A stretch of DNA of 64,000 nucleotides from positions 1,746,630 to 1,810,629 of the forward strand of contig JASAOG010000080.1 in the NCBI GenBank assembly GCA_030265305.1, read 5' to 3'. Source of the stretch: Biomphalaria pfeifferi (Eukaryota). The notes under the pieces were generated by a model. That model was not told the origin of the DNA. It saw only the letters and a list, made by a program, of their open reading frames with translations, and made no database searches. Positions 1 through 12,600 of this stretch are shown here, piece by piece. Position 1 is the stretch's first letter; every line of letters begins with the position of its first letter. The translations under genes and the position numbers were made by a program.

Positions 1-1649
1 AAGTCTATGGTCTATCTGTGAGCATTTGTATACGCCAGTTACCAGTAGCGGTCTAAGGGGGTGGCAAGTGTGGTATCCGCCCCAGGCCAAGCGCCTTAGG
101 GGGCCCCACGATTAGAAATTCCTGTCACCGTTAGCTTCGAAAACCAGACCATTTCTCATGAGTTAAGACTTGTTGCTCAATATTTTCTGGCATTTATAAG
201 ATACCGATTACCATGTAAGATCTTAACACGACATTTTTGGTTTGGAAATATCGTTCTGTTTCGGTAAAGATAGCTTCTTATGGCCTGTACTGTTCAAGTG
301 GCTTTCCCTGTTTAACAGTTCTCCTCGGCAAAAGAAAAAAAACACGTAGCAACCAATCAAAATCGTTTATTTCGTAAATAAAGAGTCATACAGTACATTT
401 ATGTTGCATTACAGTATAAAAAGAATTGGTGCATATATAGTAAATATACCGTTACTTTAGTCTGCCATAGAGAAAAAAGGGACTAAGGTGTGTGAGAAGG
501 ATTCCTTGTTTGGTACTGTGGCTTATCTCATATAGTTATTTCGGCCAATCAGCATCCAGAATGTTTGACGATGATGTATTGCGAAAGTCAATGGACCACT
601 GTAGCTCCTATCGTACACTTTGTTTTTATACCAAAGACTTAAGGCACTATTTTCTTTTTCTAGTAAGTTGTTTTGGCACGATAGCTAGCTACTGGAAGAC
701 AATTGGCAAACAAAAGCTGCTGCGACTGGAAACATTTCGGTAATAAAATTCAGCAGCACGGGGTTTCTGTAAATGTTTGTAAAATGTATCAAATGTTTTG
801 GATGCATCTTCAGAGTTGAAGATAATCTACTTCATAGTCCAAATCTCCCTTAGGACGACGGGGGATGGCAGCGAGAAGTGTATGAACCCAGGACCATCGA
901 GACAACCGAACAACAGTCCAGCGCGCATACCTCACGGCTATGCAGCCATCCATACTTGTAAGTATTTGTCAGCGTGATTGGATTAAGCTCTGATTGGTAG
1001 TGCAATGGATAACTTGATGATAGAAAAAAATTAGAAAAAAAAAACTACGTTGGTGAACAGTCTTAGCAAGAACTCTAGCGATTGTTCAGTACCTTGACCA
1101 AAATATAAAAAAACAGCAACAAAAAAAAAAAAAAAAAAAAACAGTTGGAGAACACAGAAACTTTATGCACCAAATAACGGTCAGTTTTTAGGCTCTGTTG
1201 AGATGCTTGACAAAGTCGACCCAAAAAGAACATCTTCGACGAATCAAGACCGGTAACTCGGATATAAGATTCAAAACGAGCATATGGATCTGGTGGCATA
1301 TTCTCCCGTCATCCTTGACTGCACGCTTGATGTTAACCACAAAGAGTATATGTCTTTTACTAAGCGTTTTGTGGACGTATCAGATCCAGAAGCTATGGTG
1401 GAGAACATTTCAAATTTATGTAGTTAAAAGGCCAATAGTACAGTTCGTAAGGCAGTATGTTTATTAACAAAAAAAGGCCTCCAGCGTTAGTGGCGGACGA
1501 TCCGGTTAGCGTGACATGGTGTCATATATAAAATCTACCCATACTGCTCAGGGCCCCACATTTGACATTCGCCCAGGGCCCCGCGCACTGCTAAGGCCGC
1601 CTCTGCAGTTACACTTCAATGTTTGTGTTCTGGCGAGGATATGTTTTTA

Positions 1650-1850
1650 TTTTTATTATACATTTCGTTTATTTCCCTTGCATGTTTTTATTGTTGTTCT
1701 GCCTTGTGTTTATTTCCCTTGGATGTATGAGTGCAGGAAAGCCTATAGGTTTTTATTTTCCCCAGTATTTATTTCCCTTGGATGTGTGAGTGTATGGACG
1801 TGTATAGGTTATCATTCTGCCTTGTGTTTAATTCCCTTATTTGATAGAAA
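1650..1850. repeat. Degenerate tandem repeat (TTTATTTCCCTTGGATGT.TGAGTG.A.G...TATAGGTT), about 4 copies
   Basis: Explains ORF-track 1516..1902, which is not a gene. Confidence 0.6.
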
Positions 1851-2329
1851 GGAATTTAGCGTAAAACTTGTATTCTCAATAGTATTTAAATATTTAAAAT
1901 AAAGAATATATCATTCTGAACATAAATAAACACTAGTCTAAAAAAACGTATGTAAATAGGCTATCAGTAAGTGATTTTAACTGGTCACTGGTCATTACGA
2001 TTACAGTTGATCGATACATTCCATGCCCTTAGGGACCAATAGCTCACATTTTGAGATTTACCTTAGTGACACACAACATTTCTAGTGACACACAACATTT
2101 TAGACGTTTTATATCATCAACTTTTGTTTTTATCCACGACCAAATCAATGTACTTTAAAACATACGGACAGGAAGAGGAATACTTCATTACAACTAGGAG
2201 TAGGATTCGACCAGTCAGTGGCATAACACCCATGACGTGATGGGGCTCATTGCGACAAGTTCCATGACTAATAATCCACAGTGCCCATTTTTTAAAAAGA
2301 TGTACAGACATTGAATGCAATGACACTAT

Positions 2330-2480
2330 TACCCGTTGTTGACACTATAAATTTAAAGAACTTGATACTTAATTGAGTTTAATGATTCTATAACTTTAAA
2401 GAACTCGCTACTGAATTCAGTTTAGCGACACTATAACTTTAAAGAACTCGCTACTGAATTGAGTTTAATGATACTATTAC
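2330..2480. repeat. Tandem repeat, 3 x ~45 bp (GACACTATAA.TTTAAAGAACT.G.TACT.AATT.AGTTTAATGAT.CTAT)
   Basis: Direct reading; also a small 2 x 19-bp repeat TAGTGACACACAACATTT at 2064-2102. Confidence 0.7.
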
Positions 2481-5204
2481 TCGCGAAAGGCGGTGCATAA
2501 AATGGAATAAAAAAAATTGAAGCCATACTGATGTATACAGAAAGATTTACAATTGACCTTTAAGTTTGTGGGAGATGGCACCTTTCTACTCCGCTGCCTA
2601 CAATAGGCCTACCAGTGTAAACAGATTCTTTTATGTATATTTATTTATACTATAATAATTTTGATGTAGGCAGTTCAAACTATTTCTATGCGGACTATAC
2701 TCAATATTTTGTGGGCAATTTATAATCAAGTAGCCATTTCTATGTTAAAAGGTCTGTAATTTCATTAGAAAATACTAGGATATCATCTACAATGAATAAA
2801 AAAAATGATTAAGCTTAAACTTCAGTCCCACCGCTGTATTCATTGGTGAGTAGGTTTATGTGTACACACACTGATCATGCTTGTTACATGTTCCCTTATC
2901 TAACAAAATCTAAATTGCTGACAGCTATTGCACTTTTAGATTAGTGATATTAGTGTTTGTCCTCAAGTCTCGCTTGTCAAGTCGGATTTTGTGGGGGAAT
3001 ATTAGTGAGTGTCGCTACTCAGACGTGTTAAGTTGTTAGGACAAAAGTCGCCCGCCCATCTTAAGATATGCTTTTTTTTTTTTTTTAAAGTGACTCAACT
3101 TATTGAACTTTGTGTTTATCTGGATAATTGATAGAGAAATAACTGACATGGTATGTAACTCATGCCTTATGATTGTGAGAAGATCTGTCGAGCTTTAAAA
3201 TCGCAGTGCCAGTAACTAAAGTGAAGCGTGTTTAATATGGAAACTGTGATTCGGTCTTAAATTGAATTCAGACATTTGTTAAGTGTTGGGAAAACAAAAG
3301 GGAATGATTAGATTTTTAAAATTATTATTGAGAGTGAAATTAAAATAGAGTGACATTCTTCGATTTTTTCATATTTTTGTTTTGTTTTGTGATTTAGGTT
3401 TTATAAAAATGCCGGTACTTTTGTGTCATGTTCAAATATTTCATTTAAAAAAAAGCCCATTATGAATGTTATGTTGTTACAAATCAATCCTGGGCCTGCA
3501 AAATATTGATTGGATTAATGCCTATTTTAAATGACTTTTACGCCTGGATAGCTTTGCAAAGAACAAAAAACTTTCAGATAGATTATGCAATAGAAAAAGT
3601 ATTATTTTAAATGGTCATGACTTTACAAAGGATTACTCGGATAAACTGTACAAAACTGAATGAGAAATTCATAATTCCTTGAATTAAAAAAGATTATCAC
3701 ATCTTAAATATGTAGTCCTAGGCCTGGTGATAGATTCTTTACAAACTTTAACGTTTTATTCAACTCATTCGTTTACTGACAAGAAACAACTATCCAGAAA
3801 TATCATTATATTAAAAAAATAAAACATGGATGAATATAGTAAAAAGTATCAAGAACTGGAGGCGTACAAGCCAATAACGTTAGATGGAATTGTTCACAGA
3901 AAATCTAGACAGAAAGTTATGAGAGAAGAGAAAAAGGTAGAACAAAATTCTTCATTTTTCTTCGTTATGTCAAATGTCTGTTTAAGTGATAAGTAGCATA
4001 CAGTGGCGTAGATAGCTATGTGCGAGTAATACAGGTCTCAAGGGGCATCAAACTAAGGATACCTTTTCTCAATAAAAATCAACGCATAGTACATTATACT
4101 GTACATACATGAACAAAGACAAACTTCTGAATTTGAAATGTTTACTATAAATTAATTTACCCTGCTACTTTGGTTAATCTCTGTTCTTTCTTAGATTAAA
4201 CGTAAGCTGTTAACCAAGTTGAATCAAGTGTAGGCATAGTAGATTTGTTTAAATCTCTGAAGGCAACGCACTTTTACACGCCCACTTTCTTTTGTTACTC
4301 CATTGTTCGGTACGCTGGTTCATCTAGATCTAGAGCTTATAAATAAATGCTTTCAACTCTAAAAAAAAGCAGAATGTGGAAATTGCAAAGACAAAATCTA
4401 GGTAATTTCTAGGGGTTTGTGAAATCACTATCCAAGTTCCATTCTCTCCCGAGAGAACATGTGCTGAGAACTAAGCTTAGTTCAAGACCAAGTACTTCCA
4501 TGTGTCCACAAATACATAACGAACTTATTGCAATATTGAGTGATAATGGGACAAATAGTTTCCGACTTTTTTTGACAGTTCAATTGACATCACAAAACTG
4601 GATCAATTTTTCCAGAAGTCATTGAACTTGAGATCTTCAATTTTAATTTAAAAAAATGTTGGCTAGTTGATTCAGTTATAAATATTGTCTTTATTTCTGA
4701 CAATTATAGTAAGTGAGATTCTGTGCGAGCAAAGTTTTTTTCAGACCAAAGCGGATTATTACTTAATGGCAATCAACGCTGAAAAAAAATTGCGACTCAC
4801 TAATTTGGCAATTGTTGTGAAAAAAATAGAAGTCCAATTTTGCCCGCAAGAAAGCAGCTAAGAATTTTGAAGTTTCTTGTTGTTGTTTTTTTTTTTTTGG
4901 CAAATTAGCAATACTTTAACAATAAATACACATTAGATCGACAAAAAGTCATTTCGCTGGGGGGGGGGGGCATCACAAGGAGCTTCCGCACTGAGCATCA
5001 TATACCATAGCTACGCCACTGGTAGCATAAGATTATTTTTAAAAGCATTGTTTCACACTTTAAAATTAGAAAGTTTGATGCAAATCACAAAACAGAGTAC
5101 TTTTGATAATATTTAAAAATATGAATACAATCATTTTAAGATCTACATAATGTTGTTACAAATCTACAATGGTTCGATACTATACTCATTTTCAGTTCTA
5201 TGCG

Positions 5205-5445
5205 TGGTCGAAAGGCCAAGTGCGCTTGAACTTGGCTTGGCTTGGCTACCTAGTAGGGGGCTCGAGGTTCGACACCCGATTCGGGCAGAGTTGTGTTTAC
5301 TGAGCGCCTAAAGGCAGCACGGAAAACCAACTCCCCCCCCCCCCCACCCCACCGGTCCACAAATGAGATTGGACCAAAAGCGCTTTGAGCATGCTATAAG
5401 CATGAAAGTAGCGCTATATAAAAGCTATAATAATAATTTCAATAG
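5205..5445 (+). repeat. Dispersed repeat family X (second copy in reverse at 34515-34610), ending ..AGCATGAAAGTAGCGCTATATAAAAGCTATAATAATAAT
   Basis: 5205-5250 GTGGTCGAAAGGCCAAGTGCGCTTGAA and 5385-5445 GCGCTTTGAGCATGCTATAAGCATGAAAGTAGCGCTATATAAAAGCTATAATAATAA match the reverse complement of 34515-34610 (TTATTATAGCTTTTATATAGCGCTACTTTCATGCTTTCAAGCGCACTTGGCCTCGCGACCAC). The copy at 5205 carries a ~130-bp internal insertion that includes a tRNA-like GGTTCGACACCCGATTCGGG segment. Confidence 0.55.
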
Positions 5446-6549
5446 AAAAATACGGTAGCGACAATTTTTGGAACTTCTATACCATATGATAAACATACGT
5501 ATGTAGATTTTCCTGTTACTAACTGTGGTGTGCTGGTTTGGACATTTCTCACAAGTATTTCTTATACCTGACAAAAAAAAAAAAAAAAGAATCCCTAAAG
5601 GAAAAAATAACCAATTAGTTACATAACTATTGGTAATTTTTTTTTTGTTTGGTATCGAACAAGTGAAAAGTTTTACTTGACTGTTCTAGTGGTATAAGTT
5701 GAACTAGCCCCTTTATACTTTGTGTAGGTCGTCGCTTAAAAGTTTGAAACTAACAATAGATAACTATAAAACCTTCTATGTTCATAAGCACTTCGCTGGC
5801 ACAGTTGTTACTCAATTTTAAATGTTTGTTATAAAATGCAATCTCGGAAACATTGACACAGATACCGCCTTCTTTCTCACCCCCCCTCCCTTTTTTTTCC
5901 CAAACTGGTCCAGACAAGTGATAGAATCATAGCGCATTGAGAGAGCTCTAATGTGTATCTGTGTTGGTGGGGGGTGCGCTAGAATTTCTAAATCCTTATG
6001 TTTAGATAGCTCTAAGCTCACGTAGTTCTGTTGGTTACCTGAAATTTGTTAGGAAATAGTAAAGGACGGAAGTCATTGTGCCGACACGTGGTTTCATTTT
6101 TTTGTCTTAGTTTTTATGTCACATATAGCCTTATAAATGTGATTTAGACCCTTTTGACTTTTATCACTTGAGAAATTCTTTTTGCTCACAAGACAAAGTT
6201 TTCAGTTTTCTTTTGTTAGCTTTCTGTAGCATTAACATTTCCAGAACGGGGTTGTTAGCTTTATGTCCGGTCTTCCTCCTTTATCCTTGGGACAGGAAGA
6301 ATATTAATGGCCTTTTGTACCTTTCTTGTGAAGTCTTAACTCTTCATAGCCTCAGAGAATTCTGCAATTTTCCTGAATTTATTAGTTTAAATGCATTGTT
6401 TCAAACACTTCAAACAATAAGATGGGGATTACACGTTTCAGACTATAAGCAGAAGCGCCGACAGACAGAAATCTCAAGCCTCCAGTGATGAAATTGCCGG
6501 CTTCAAGCAGAATGCAGCCCGCGGTGTTGAAAGCGACAGTGATGACGAC

Positions 6550-6649
6550 ATGGCGGTACGACGGATTCAGGATAACCGCTCCAACCTTGACATAATTGGG
6601 GTAGACATCTCGAACGAAAATGACCTTGATACTGACCTGGAGCCTGAAG
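6550..6649 (+). CDS. LRR-EF gene exon 1 (MAVRRIQDNRSNLDIIGVDISNENDLDTDLEPE + 1 nt)
   Basis: First in-frame ATG (6550) after stop at 6418-6420. Open frame continues upstream to 6421 (acidic SDSDDD), so an upstream acceptor is possible. Donor AAG|GTTAGA at 6650, phase 1, matches next exon. Confidence 0.45.
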
Positions 6650-9600
6650 GTTAGAATCTTTTTCATTTTTATTTTAGTGCTCAAGTTTTAACGCACTAAT
6701 TTAATGAGCTGTTTTTTTCTTTTCTTTATCTGCCATCCTGTCTTCTTTTACTTCTGGCAGAGGCGGACTGGGTATCAAGCTAGTCCTGACAAGTGATGAC
6801 TATTATCATGTAATCACTGAGCCAACTAAATGACTAAATCAAATTACTGACACCACTTTTTCTCTACTTAGAGACACTGAGGGAGCGCGGTGGCTGAGTG
6901 GTTTAAAGCTTGGTTTTCGAATCTGGGGTCCTGCGCTCGAATCTCAGTGAAGACTGGGGTTTTTGAATTTCGGGATTTTTAGGGCGCCCCTGAGTTTACC
7001 CTACTCGAATGGGAACCTGACTTTAGTTGGGGAAAGTAAAGTCGGTTGGTCGTTGTGCTGGCCATATGACACGCCTGTTAACCGTGGGTTACAGAAATCT
7101 GCCCCATAGATTGCAAGGTCTGAAAGGGGAACTTAGAGACACTGTGGTTGTTATCTCTTGCAGTATTGACTGTATTGCTATTTTATAACTTCTAAACACA
7201 ACGTGTACGCCCTTGTCAAATATTTTGAAGAGAAACTACTCATCTCAAATTTAAAGTACCAAAATAGCTTGACGTTTGACTACGTAAGATATCCATATAG
7301 TTCAATTATTCCACTCCTTAAAGCGTAATTCGAACTCTCCTAATTCAAAGTCACTTTATATTCCTTTCCACTGTGTACGTAATCTGCATACTTATTGATT
7401 TTTAGCTTTTTGTTACAGTTGCATTAGTATTTGGGGAAGACAATAAGTAGTCGCTGCACCTACGAACACGTAGTCCACAGTAGTTCACGTTAAAACATTA
7501 TTTAAAGATTACAAAGAGAGTTTGTGTTTCACATGAGCTCAGAAGCGGGCTTTAATATATTTTCGTTTGTCACCTTACATGCAGTTTTTTTTAACCAATG
7601 CGCAATCATGAAGCCAGATTATCAGTGAAGAAGTTTGTGATCTATTATAAAAACTTACCTCCTCTGAAGTCTTTTATTTAAAAAAATATTTATGAAAAAA
7701 AAAGTGGCTTTTATATTTAATTAAAAAAATTAAACAGTTCGCTTTCGAAAACAAAAAGTAGCCATTGCACCAAACATTGCAAGCTGCAAAATATCGTAAA
7801 TGGATTTTCAATAAAATTTCTTTTTTAGTTTTTGAGAGACCAACGGACGAACAGACCGACCACACAAAATTAATGTCGGCTTTCGGGGGATGTAAAACAC
7901 CAAAAAAACATCATAGGCCTATCCCTAACAAATGTTATCGGTAGCTTTACTAATAAATGATCATTAATTTGTTTTGATTGCGCTAATAAAAACAATGTAC
8001 ACATTGCATTTTCTTTTGGTCTCGGGCAATGTGTGATTCACATTAGTGATTGTTAGAATCGATACTCGGATGTCAAAAGAGCCCCGAGATTCGATTACCA
8101 TTAAGAACCAAGGGAGCCTTAATGTTTACTTAGTATTACCTTCGAACGCTACTTGAACGTGGGGCCATATCGAAATGATACTTAAGTTATTTGGACGAGG
8201 TATAAGCTCTTGCTTTAGAACTGCGTCACATATCACGTTTGTTTATCTTTCTAAAGCTGCTAAGGAGAAAGACAACATACGTCATTGTTACCACTTTTTA
8301 TAATCAAGTTTCTTGGTTCAAGTGTCAGTATTGGGAACTAAAGCTGGACGTACAGGACTATAATCAACTATAATAAATAGAAATTACTAAAAAAAAAATT
8401 GTAGTCCTAAGGGCCGCTGATAATTCTTTAGTTCCCTCACAGACTTAGAGATCGTAGGGGAAGCCTGCAATATGCGTACTGGACTGTCGTCTTGATGAAC
8501 CCTTCCCGCCGAGGCGCCGCCTTCCCACGGCGTCCTGCAGGAGATATGGTCAAGGATGTAATAATTTTTACGAGGATATTAGACTCTGTGGCTAATAGCA
8601 CAGCCGACCCCCTCAATCTTCCCAACACCTCTCAGCTACTCATTAAGAATTTTAGATTTGTGAACACCAAAAGAAGACTACATCTTATTTTCAATTTAAC
8701 AAAATGTGTATATATTTATTTAATTTGAGAAACAAACGGTTTGCATTCAATAGACAAAAGATGACGTTGTAACTAAATTTTGCAAGCTGCGAAATATCAT
8801 GAAACTGGACTTTCAAAACCTTTTTTTTTTAGTTGAGATAGTCCTATAAACCTGACGTACAGTCGAACAGGAAGATTAGTCCTACTCAAAACTAATAGCG
8901 GCTTTTCCCCTTTCTGGACGGCTAAAAAGCATGCCGTTGATTTTCCTGGCTAATTCCATCAATCTTTTTCATGCTCTAATGGCATTACAGAACAAGGAGC
9001 ACTTGTACGAATATGTCTCATTAAATGGAATAGGAAATGTGCCATTATCTTTGTATTATATCTATGTTGTGCTATAATTATTTTACAGAGGCCACCCCAG
9101 CTTATGATCACTCAGGTAAAACATTGTACCTTGACGCCTGCAAAAAATTTGGAGTAGTGCCCATCTCGTATTTTTTGCGACACATGAATGACAATTCATT
9201 GTCAATGAAGCATCATGGTCTGGCAGGGGAGGGAATGAGACCTATCGCAATCTCACTTGTGGTAAGTTGTAAACCCCATGTGCTACATATCAAAATCTGG
9301 CTGGCTGGTATATAATGAAATTCTTAGCAGTCAAACTGCAGTTCACAAATTTGAGTCCCAATTTAGGCTAGAAATACTTAGCTCAGAATTTAACTCAAGA
9401 TATATCTTTCCAAGCATCTCATGGCAGCACAGACTCTTCCAAACATATATTTACAAATGCAGTTAGACCAAGTGCTTGGAGTATGTCATAGTACATTATT
9501 TGTCCCTCTATAAAAAAAATAATAATAAAAATAATGTCTTTATTATCTAAAGGGAGATCATTTCTGTTTGCCTTTGCAGTTTAGTAATTCTTCCCAAATG

Positions 9601-12600
9601 AAGTTATACATATTTTTCAACTTATATGTAAGTGAGCACAATTTTATAGTAATACTATAATAATTTGAGAGAAGACTAGATTTACCTAATTTTAAATTTA
9701 TTTATAGTAATGTATTTTTTAAAATAAAGTCTACAATCATTGTTATAGACTTTTCCCCTTATTACTCTCCCCCCCCCCCCTTGATGTGACACGTTTACTT
9801 TGTAATGAATATAGATCTAGCACTGGCACCAATAATACATGCAGGTTTTGTCTTTTGAAAGATCGAATTAAAGAACTATAAATTTTATACAATTGTTAAT
9901 TTTATGTGGCCCAAATAAAAGTTGTTTCTCTCTCTTCAGTCCAATGCCACCATCACCACACTAGATCTGACTGACAACTGGCTAGGGGTAGATGGAGGAC
10001 TGGCATTATGTGAGATGCTGAAAGAAAACTGCTTCATCACTGATTTGGTAAACTTTCCATGGTTATAGTTTTAACATTGTTATTATAATAACAAAACAAA
10101 TAAATTAGGTCAAAGGACATTCTTTCAGCTTAGGAAATCTATTGAAGTTCCTTTGTCCATTGTGTCTAGAACACTTTTGTTTGACATTTGATGAATACAT
10201 TTAAGGGAGCAACATAAACATCTAATTTTATTTTCCAGAATTAAATATTTTAATAGCTAATCTAAATTTTAAATGTAAATTTTCTATCAAATAAAAAATT
10301 ACACATCAAACACAATTTTTTTAGGATAATTTTTTTCTAAATTAAAATTATCATGAAAAAACTTTTTGGAAAAACTGAAAATAAAACTGAAGCCAGAAAA
10401 AGACTCATAATTGTCAAGGTGGGTTTACAGAGTTATCTAGGGATTGACATACCCCACCTCAACGCTGAGTAATAAATTCCTGTCGGGGTTGTAATTAGGC
10501 CTTGGCTCATCCGCTGGGCATCCCTGACTGTCTATTAATTGATATGTTAAGTAATTATACAGAACAAGTAATGGTAATAAGTTAACATATATCAGTTAAC
10601 AACAAGAGTTTAACTGACAACAGTTTAACTGACAACAGTTTAATGAATAGATGATATAACATATTTTGACATGAATGATGAGTAGGTACATAATAATAAT
10701 TACAAGGTCAAGTACAAATTAAGGAAATTATTCAACACAAATATAGCCAACATAGCATGTCCCCAGAGATAGCGCACAAACTATTATGGGGCACAAAAGA
10801 AAGACATCACTCAACGAAGCAATTCTAGATGCCCACAACAATAATGAGATACTATCTTATAGTAATTTGGCTATTTCTACTTCTGTTCTACATTTTTGTC
10901 TGCTTTCTTTTGTTGCTTGATCTATGATTGACAGGCAAACAACTCAAAGATATTGGTCTCATTATTTTCAAGTTGTAAACATTTTTGTCAGTTTTTGCAT
11001 TCACTACAAAATTTTCTTTTATACATTTGTTACTGTTTTATCATTTTCAGAATTTATCAGACAACAACCTTGACAAATGTGCAGCCCAGTTGTGTGAAAT
11101 TATTCAGAAGAATGACACGCTACGAAAAGTTAATCTCTCAGGTATATTAGATTTATGCATATATTTAAAAATGGATTTAATTGTGATAATCTTGTTATAA
11201 AGTCTGTAGGTATCTAACCTCTTTAGTAAACATTAACTAATATGGAGATTAAATAAAAAAAAAATTTAAAAAAAAATATATATATATTAACTTTTTTATT
11301 GTAAAAAGGATATCTCGTCATAATAAAATTTCCTTAATTTTATTATAGGGAATGGATTTGATGATGTCAGTGCCATTCACCTGACCAACTTGATACTGGT
11401 ACATTTTTTTTTTTTAATTTAGCAATGGCGATTAGCCATGTTTTTCATATTTAAAGGTACTTAAAAAATGTGTTTTTAAATAATTATTTAAACAATTTTT
11501 TTTTCAAACTTAGACAACAACCAAGCTGGAGAGTCTCAATCTAAGCCACAATCATTTGGGTGAGAAAGCTGGTCTGATGTTGGGTCCTGCCATATCTGAG
11601 AACCTGTGTCTCAAAGAGCTGGATCTATCTTGGAATCACCTGAGAAGGAAAGGTGCAATAGCAGTGGCTGCAGGGGTCAAGGTGAGACATCAAACTATTC
11701 ATTTCTTTTGCTAGGACAAGGAGCATGGTAACCAAGGGATATAATAGAAATTGACATAACAAATTAGCACAGCAACATGTGTTCTGAAGATGAAAAAAAC
11801 TACTTGTTTCTACATTTGGGTTATTTCTCTAGAAACACTGCAGTGAGCCTTCTAAGTCATTACCTCTGACCCCACACACAAAAATCATATAGATCTGTAG
11901 CATGAGTTGGCTAAGGACACTGTTATTAAGTTTTGACTCTTTGATTAAAAAAATATATAACAAAGAAGAATAGACTAAATCTAATTAAAATGAACAGTTA
12001 GATTAAAACACTGATAATGTAGCAATCTTTTAAACAGTTACCATCGAACAACCTAGTTATTTTTTTAATTCATTTATATTACAAATTCTATGTTGCCTGG
12101 ACATGTGGTATGTGCTCTGGAATGTCTTTAGATGGTAACAATGGTCTCACGTACAATCCCTGTTCACCACCATTCCCCATTATCCTGCAGGATGTTTCAT
12201 CTGAGATGTAATTATCTTCAAATCTGAAGAAACATTCAAAAACTTGTAAAGTAAAAAAAAAAACAAGCTTTCATGGCCTAATGTATAAGTTCTTCTTCTA
12301 TCCAGATTTAAACTGTTTAGCTGTAGTTTTAGTCTTGTCTGTGTGACAGAAAAAAAAAAGATTAACTCTACTTCTGTTTCACACTACCTCCCAGGGTGTT
12401 GGCCAGGGTCTATTTCTTTGATTGTATGATATATCTGCTTTATATGGGTGGAATAGTGTCTACAATAGGGTTGTTGTTTTTTTCTGCTTAAATGGAAATT
12501 TTCAGTATTTAATTAATTTTTCTTTTTCCTACTGAAATTTTTTAGTCCAATGTATTTATGAAGAAAGTGAATCTGTCTTGGAATGGATTTGGTCAAGAAG

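Noticed and set aside
60-1600. GC-rich segments (gccccaggccaagcgccttagggggcccc at 75-110 and gggccccacatttgacattcgcccagggccccgcgc at 1540-1600) as TIRs of an element
   Set aside because: Similarity between the two ends is too weak and gappy to call inverted terminal repeats by eye.
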